Shown piece by piece: positions 60,585-64,000 of a stretch of DNA of 64,000 nucleotides (position 1 is its first letter; each line of letters opens with the position of its first letter). The notes below the pieces were generated by a model. That model was given only the letters and a program-made list of their open reading frames with translations, made no database searches and had not been told where the DNA came from. Both the position numbers and the translations under genes were made by a program. The stretch is from an uncultured Verrucomicrobiae bacterium (lineage in GTDB: Bacteria > Verrucomicrobiota > Verrucomicrobiia > Chthoniobacterales > JAFAMB01): assembly GCA_963762565.1 (NCBI GenBank), contig CAVXLD010000001.1:160001-224000 (forward strand). Reading direction: 5' to 3'.

Positions 60585-61769
60585 ATGTCGATGTTCATCG
60601 GCCGAAATCGAAAGGCCCGCGTGACCTACGGTTTCGATGAAATTGCGCTGGTGCCGGGACAAGTCACTATCAACCCTAATGAGGTGGATATCAGTTTCGA
60701 GATCTCTACTCGAACTGGCAACGCCTTGAAGCTGGGCATTCCTATTCTGGCTAGCGCCATGGACGGAGTGGTTGACGTCCGTTTCGCGGTCGAGATGGGT
60801 AAATTAGGAGGCTTAGCGGTTCTCAACCTTGAAGGCGTACAAACCCGTTACAAGAATCCCGAAGAAGTACTCCTTAAAGTATTAGAGGCGGAAAAAGATC
60901 AAGTTACCGCTTTGCTGCAGAAGATTTACCAGGAACCGGTCCAAGAGGACTTGATCGCGGCCCGGATTAAGCAAATGAAGGATGGTGGAGTCCTGACCGC
61001 CGTCAGCTCCATCCCTCAAAAAGCCGAGCGTTACGGGCAAATCGCCCAAGAAGCTGGCGCCGATGTTTTTGTTGTCCAAAGCACAGTCTCGACAGTTCGA
61101 CACATCTCTACCGAGTATCGCTCCTTAGATCTGGCTAGATTGTGCAAAGATCTGCGTTGTCCGGTGATCGTCGGCAACACCGTTGGCTTCGAAGTCACCC
61201 TTGAAATTCTGGAGTGCGGCGTGGCAGGAGTCCTGGTTGGCGTGGGACCAGGCGCAGCCTGCACGTCAAGGGGCGTCCTAGGTCTGGGCGTTCCGCAAGT
61301 GACCGCGACCGTGGATTGCGCAGCGGCGCGGGATTACTACCTCAAGAGAAGCGGTCGGTACGTGCCCATTATAACCGATGGCGGGATGAGTAAGGGAGGC
61401 GATGTCTGCAAGGCTCTGGCTTGTGGCGCCGATGCCGTGATGATCGGAAGCGCATTCGCGAAGGCAGTCGAAGCACCCGGTAAAGGCTACCATTGGGGCA
61501 TGGCGACGCCTCACGCCAACCTGCCCCGAGGCACCCGCATCCGGGTGGGAACAACCGGTCCTCTACGGCAAATCCTTTTCGGGCCGGCCGAGGTTGACGA
61601 TGGCAGCCAAAACCTAGTGGGCGCTATTACGACTTGCATGGGCAACGTCGGCGCAGCCAGCCTCAGGGAGTTTCAAGAGACCGAGGTTATTATCGCGCCT
61701 TCCATCCGGACAGAGGGAAAATTGTTTCAGCAGGCGCAAATGGTCGGAATGGGATCTCGAAATTCCTAA
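60585..61769 (+). CDS. guaB: IMP dehydrogenase family protein (GuaB3 type, no CBS domains)
   Basis: SAMD, VGVGPGAACTSR, DGG, GMAT. Confidence 0.88.
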   Translation: MSMFIGRNRKARVTYGFDEIALVPGQVTINPNEVDISFEISTRTGNALKLGIPILASAMDGVVDVRFAVEMGKLGGLAVLNLEGVQTRYKNPEEVLLKVLEAEKDQVTALLQKIYQEPVQEDLIAARIKQMKDGGVLTAVSSIPQKAERYGQIAQEAGADVFVVQSTVSTVRHISTEYRSLDLARLCKDLRCPVIVGNTVGFEVTLEILECGVAGVLVGVGPGAACTSRGVLGLGVPQVTATVDCAAARDYYLKRSGRYVPIITDGGMSKGGDVCKALACGADAVMIGSAFAKAVEAPGKGYHWGMATPHANLPRGTRIRVGTTGPLRQILFGPAEVDDGSQNLVGAITTCMGNVGAASLREFQETEVIIAPSIRTEGKLFQQAQMVGMGSRNS

Positions 61770-61820
61770 GAATTCAGTTGCCTAATTCCTTAGAGCAAAA
61801 TACCCCGTTAGCAGTAAGTG

Positions 61821-63065
61821 ATGAGCGATAGACGTGTTGTAGTCACCGGGTTGGGTGTTATCACACCAATCGGTAATGACCTTAAAACCTTTTGGGAGAA
61901 CCTTGTAGCGGGGAAAAACGGGATCCGTAAGATCTCGCATTTCGACGCCTCCATCTTCGACTGTCACATTGCCGGCGAGGTGCCAGATTTCGATCCCATT
62001 ACGTATCTGGCTAATCCTAAGGACGTTCGGCGGACCGACCGTTTTTCCCAATTTGCTCTGGCCTGCTCAAAGCGGGCCCTAGAAGACAGTGGTCTCGATC
62101 TGGAACGCATCGACCGCACTCGGGTCGGCGTCCTGGTCGGCAGTGGGATCGGCGGCTTGAGCACACTGGAGACCCAACATGTGGTTTTCTTGAAGAAAGG
62201 CCCTTCCAGAGTGTCTCCCTTCATGGTGCCAATGATGATCGTGAACATGGCCAGCGGATTAATCGCGATGGAATACGGCTTTGAAGGCCCGAATTATTCT
62301 ATCGTGACCGCTTGTGCCACCTCCGCGAACTCCATTGGCGAAGCTTGGAGGATGATTCGCGATGATGAAGCCGAGATTTTCTTGGCCGGCGGTACCGAGG
62401 CGGTCATCAATAATCTTGGCCTCGGCGGCTTCTGTGCGATGCGGGCGATGAGCACGAGAAACGATGAACCGCACCGGGCATCGCGCCCATTCGATAGGGA
62501 ACGAGACGGGTTCGTGATGGGTGAAGGCGGTGGAGTCTTAATTCTCGAGGAGTACGAACACGCAAAGGCTCGAGGGGCACGCATCTACTGCGAACTCGCT
62601 GGTTATGGACTTACCTGCGATGCTTACCACATGACCGCGCCCAAACCCGATGGGACGCCGGTAGCGCGAGGGATGCAAATCGCCGCGAAGCGGGCCGGCG
62701 TTAATCCGACGGATATTGATTACATCAACGCTCACGCCACATCGACACAGGTCGGCGATGTTTGCGAAACGAATGCGATTAAACGGTTCGCCGGTGATTA
62801 CGCGAAAAATGGTCTTTTGATTAGCTCAACCAAATCGATGATTGGTCATCTGCTCGGCGGCGCTGGAGCAGTAGAAAGCGCGGTCTGCATCCTTGCCATG
62901 CAACATGGTGTGGTGCCGCCCACGATCAATCTCGACAATCCTGACCCTGAGTGCGACCTCGACTACGTCCCAAATGTCGCACGCGAGAAAAAAGTACGAG
63001 TCGCACTTAATAATTCGTTTGGCTTCGGCGGCCACAACGCATCGCTTTGTTTCAAAGCATTGTAG
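61821..63065 (+). CDS. fabF: 3-oxoacyl-ACP synthase II
   Basis: VVVTGLG, TACAT, NAHATST, GHLLG, NSFGFGG. Confidence 0.96.
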   Translation: MSDRRVVVTGLGVITPIGNDLKTFWENLVAGKNGIRKISHFDASIFDCHIAGEVPDFDPITYLANPKDVRRTDRFSQFALACSKRALEDSGLDLERIDRTRVGVLVGSGIGGLSTLETQHVVFLKKGPSRVSPFMVPMMIVNMASGLIAMEYGFEGPNYSIVTACATSANSIGEAWRMIRDDEAEIFLAGGTEAVINNLGLGGFCAMRAMSTRNDEPHRASRPFDRERDGFVMGEGGGVLILEEYEHAKARGARIYCELAGYGLTCDAYHMTAPKPDGTPVARGMQIAAKRAGVNPTDIDYINAHATSTQVGDVCETNAIKRFAGDYAKNGLLISSTKSMIGHLLGGAGAVESAVCILAMQHGVVPPTINLDNPDPECDLDYVPNVAREKKVRVALNNSFGFGGHNASLCFKAL

Positions 63066-63068
63066 GGG

Positions 63069-63224
63069 GCGTTTGGCGTTCGGCGTTCGGCGTTTGGCGT
63101 TCGGCGTTCGGCGTTCCTATGATTCGAAATGATTGCAACACTGCGGATCTGTCGTGGCTCGTGAGCAAGCGACGCGCGTTATTGAAGCGCCGAACGCCAA
63201 ACGGTGAACGCCGAACGCCAAACG
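63069..63224. repeat. Inverted heptamer cluster (GGCGTTY)n...(RAACGCC)n
   Basis: Direct reading. Confidence 0.88.
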
Positions 63225-64000
63225 AGTAAGTACGTCGTTCTTCTGCTCCTGACCGCATTGTTTTGGTCGTTGGGAGGAGTCCTCATCAAGTCCATCGATT
63301 GGAATCCTGTCGCCATTGCGGGTTCGCGAAGCTTGATCGCCGTCTTCCTAATCGCCATCCTGCGACCGTCCGCCGTCCGTAAATTTTCCTGGACCGCATT
63401 CTTCGGCGGAATCGCCTACATGGTGACAGTTGTGTTGTTCGTGATTGCAACCAAGCTGACAACCGCTGCCAATGCCATTTTTCTCCAGTACACGGCTCCG
63501 ATTTATATCGCTCTGATAAGCCCATGGCTTTTGAAGGAACGTGTTCGTCGACTGGACTGGATTCTGATCGGTCTTGCTTTCGGCGGAATTGCTCTCTTTT
63601 TCTGCGACCGGCTCTCCTTTGCCGGAATTTGGGGAGTAATGGCCGCACTTGTCAGCGGCTTCTCCTACGCGTGGCTTACGATGCTGTTGCGTCGCCAAAA
63701 ATCGGCATCCCCCGAAGCCACGGTGTTCATAGGCAACTTGATGACTGTGTTAGTGGCGGCTCCGGCGATGTGGCCGCCGGTGAACCTGGGCCATAATTGG
63801 CCTTGGCTGCTTGCCTTGGGCGTCCTCCAGCTCACGATTCCCTATTTGCTTTATACACAGGCTATCCGGCATGTGCGTGCGCTGGATGCATCTATAATCA
63901 GCATGATCGAGCCGATCCTTAATCCGATCTGGGTCATGTTTGCCGTGGGCGAACATCCCGCCAGATGGGCAATCGTCGGAGGATGCATGGTCCTGGGAAC
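63204..64000 (+). CDS. EamA/DMT transporter (runs off the window end)
   Basis: Hand translation ..LLTALFWSLGGVLIK..ANAIFLQYTAP..IEPILNPIWV..GEHP; nearest in-frame start is GTG 63204. Confidence 0.85.
   Translation, partial: MNAERQTSKYVVLLLLTALFWSLGGVLIKSIDWNPVAIAGSRSLIAVFLIAILRPSAVRKFSWTAFFGGIAYMVTVVLFVIATKLTTAANAIFLQYTAPIYIALISPWLLKERVRRLDWILIGLAFGGIALFFCDRLSFAGIWGVMAALVSGFSYAWLTMLLRRQKSASPEATVFIGNLMTVLVAAPAMWPPVNLGHNWPWLLALGVLQLTIPYLLYTQAIRHVRALDASIISMIEPILNPIWVMFAVGEHPARWAIVGGCMVLG

Overview
Bacterial chromosomal segment of moderately high GC. Gene content and style suggest Verrucomicrobiota (Chthoniobacterales/Spartobacteria-like); this is an inference, not a database result. The first ~23 kb is accessory: two YXWGXW-repeat paralogues, MarR-GT39, MFS, GNATs, several gene remnants, an IS4-family element carrying an AbrB-like passenger gene, a DUF4139 protein, orphan sugar-binding proteins, a tRNA-Lys locus and a secreted 13-aa tandem-repeat protein. 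The rest is mostly core: nusA-infB-rbfA-DHH-truB-ribF, tRNA-Val, amt-PII, ahbAB-like, gatB, aroC, cell-wall enzymes, rpoN, an MglB-like/MglA pair, ExbB/ExbD/TonB-like genes, guaB, fabF and an EamA transporter. The most striking unexplained structure is at 19941-20461: a small GIY-YIG nuclease gene directly downstream of tRNA-Lys(UUU), with two tRNA-Lys-derived copies bracketing the pair, in which the anticodon arm is precisely replaced by a CCCGAAAGCTTTCGGG-type palindrome. Many intergenic spaces carry REP-like inverted elements or inverted clusters of 7-10 bp tandem repeats. Three apparent 1-bp deletions, one in infB, suggest residual sequencing errors.
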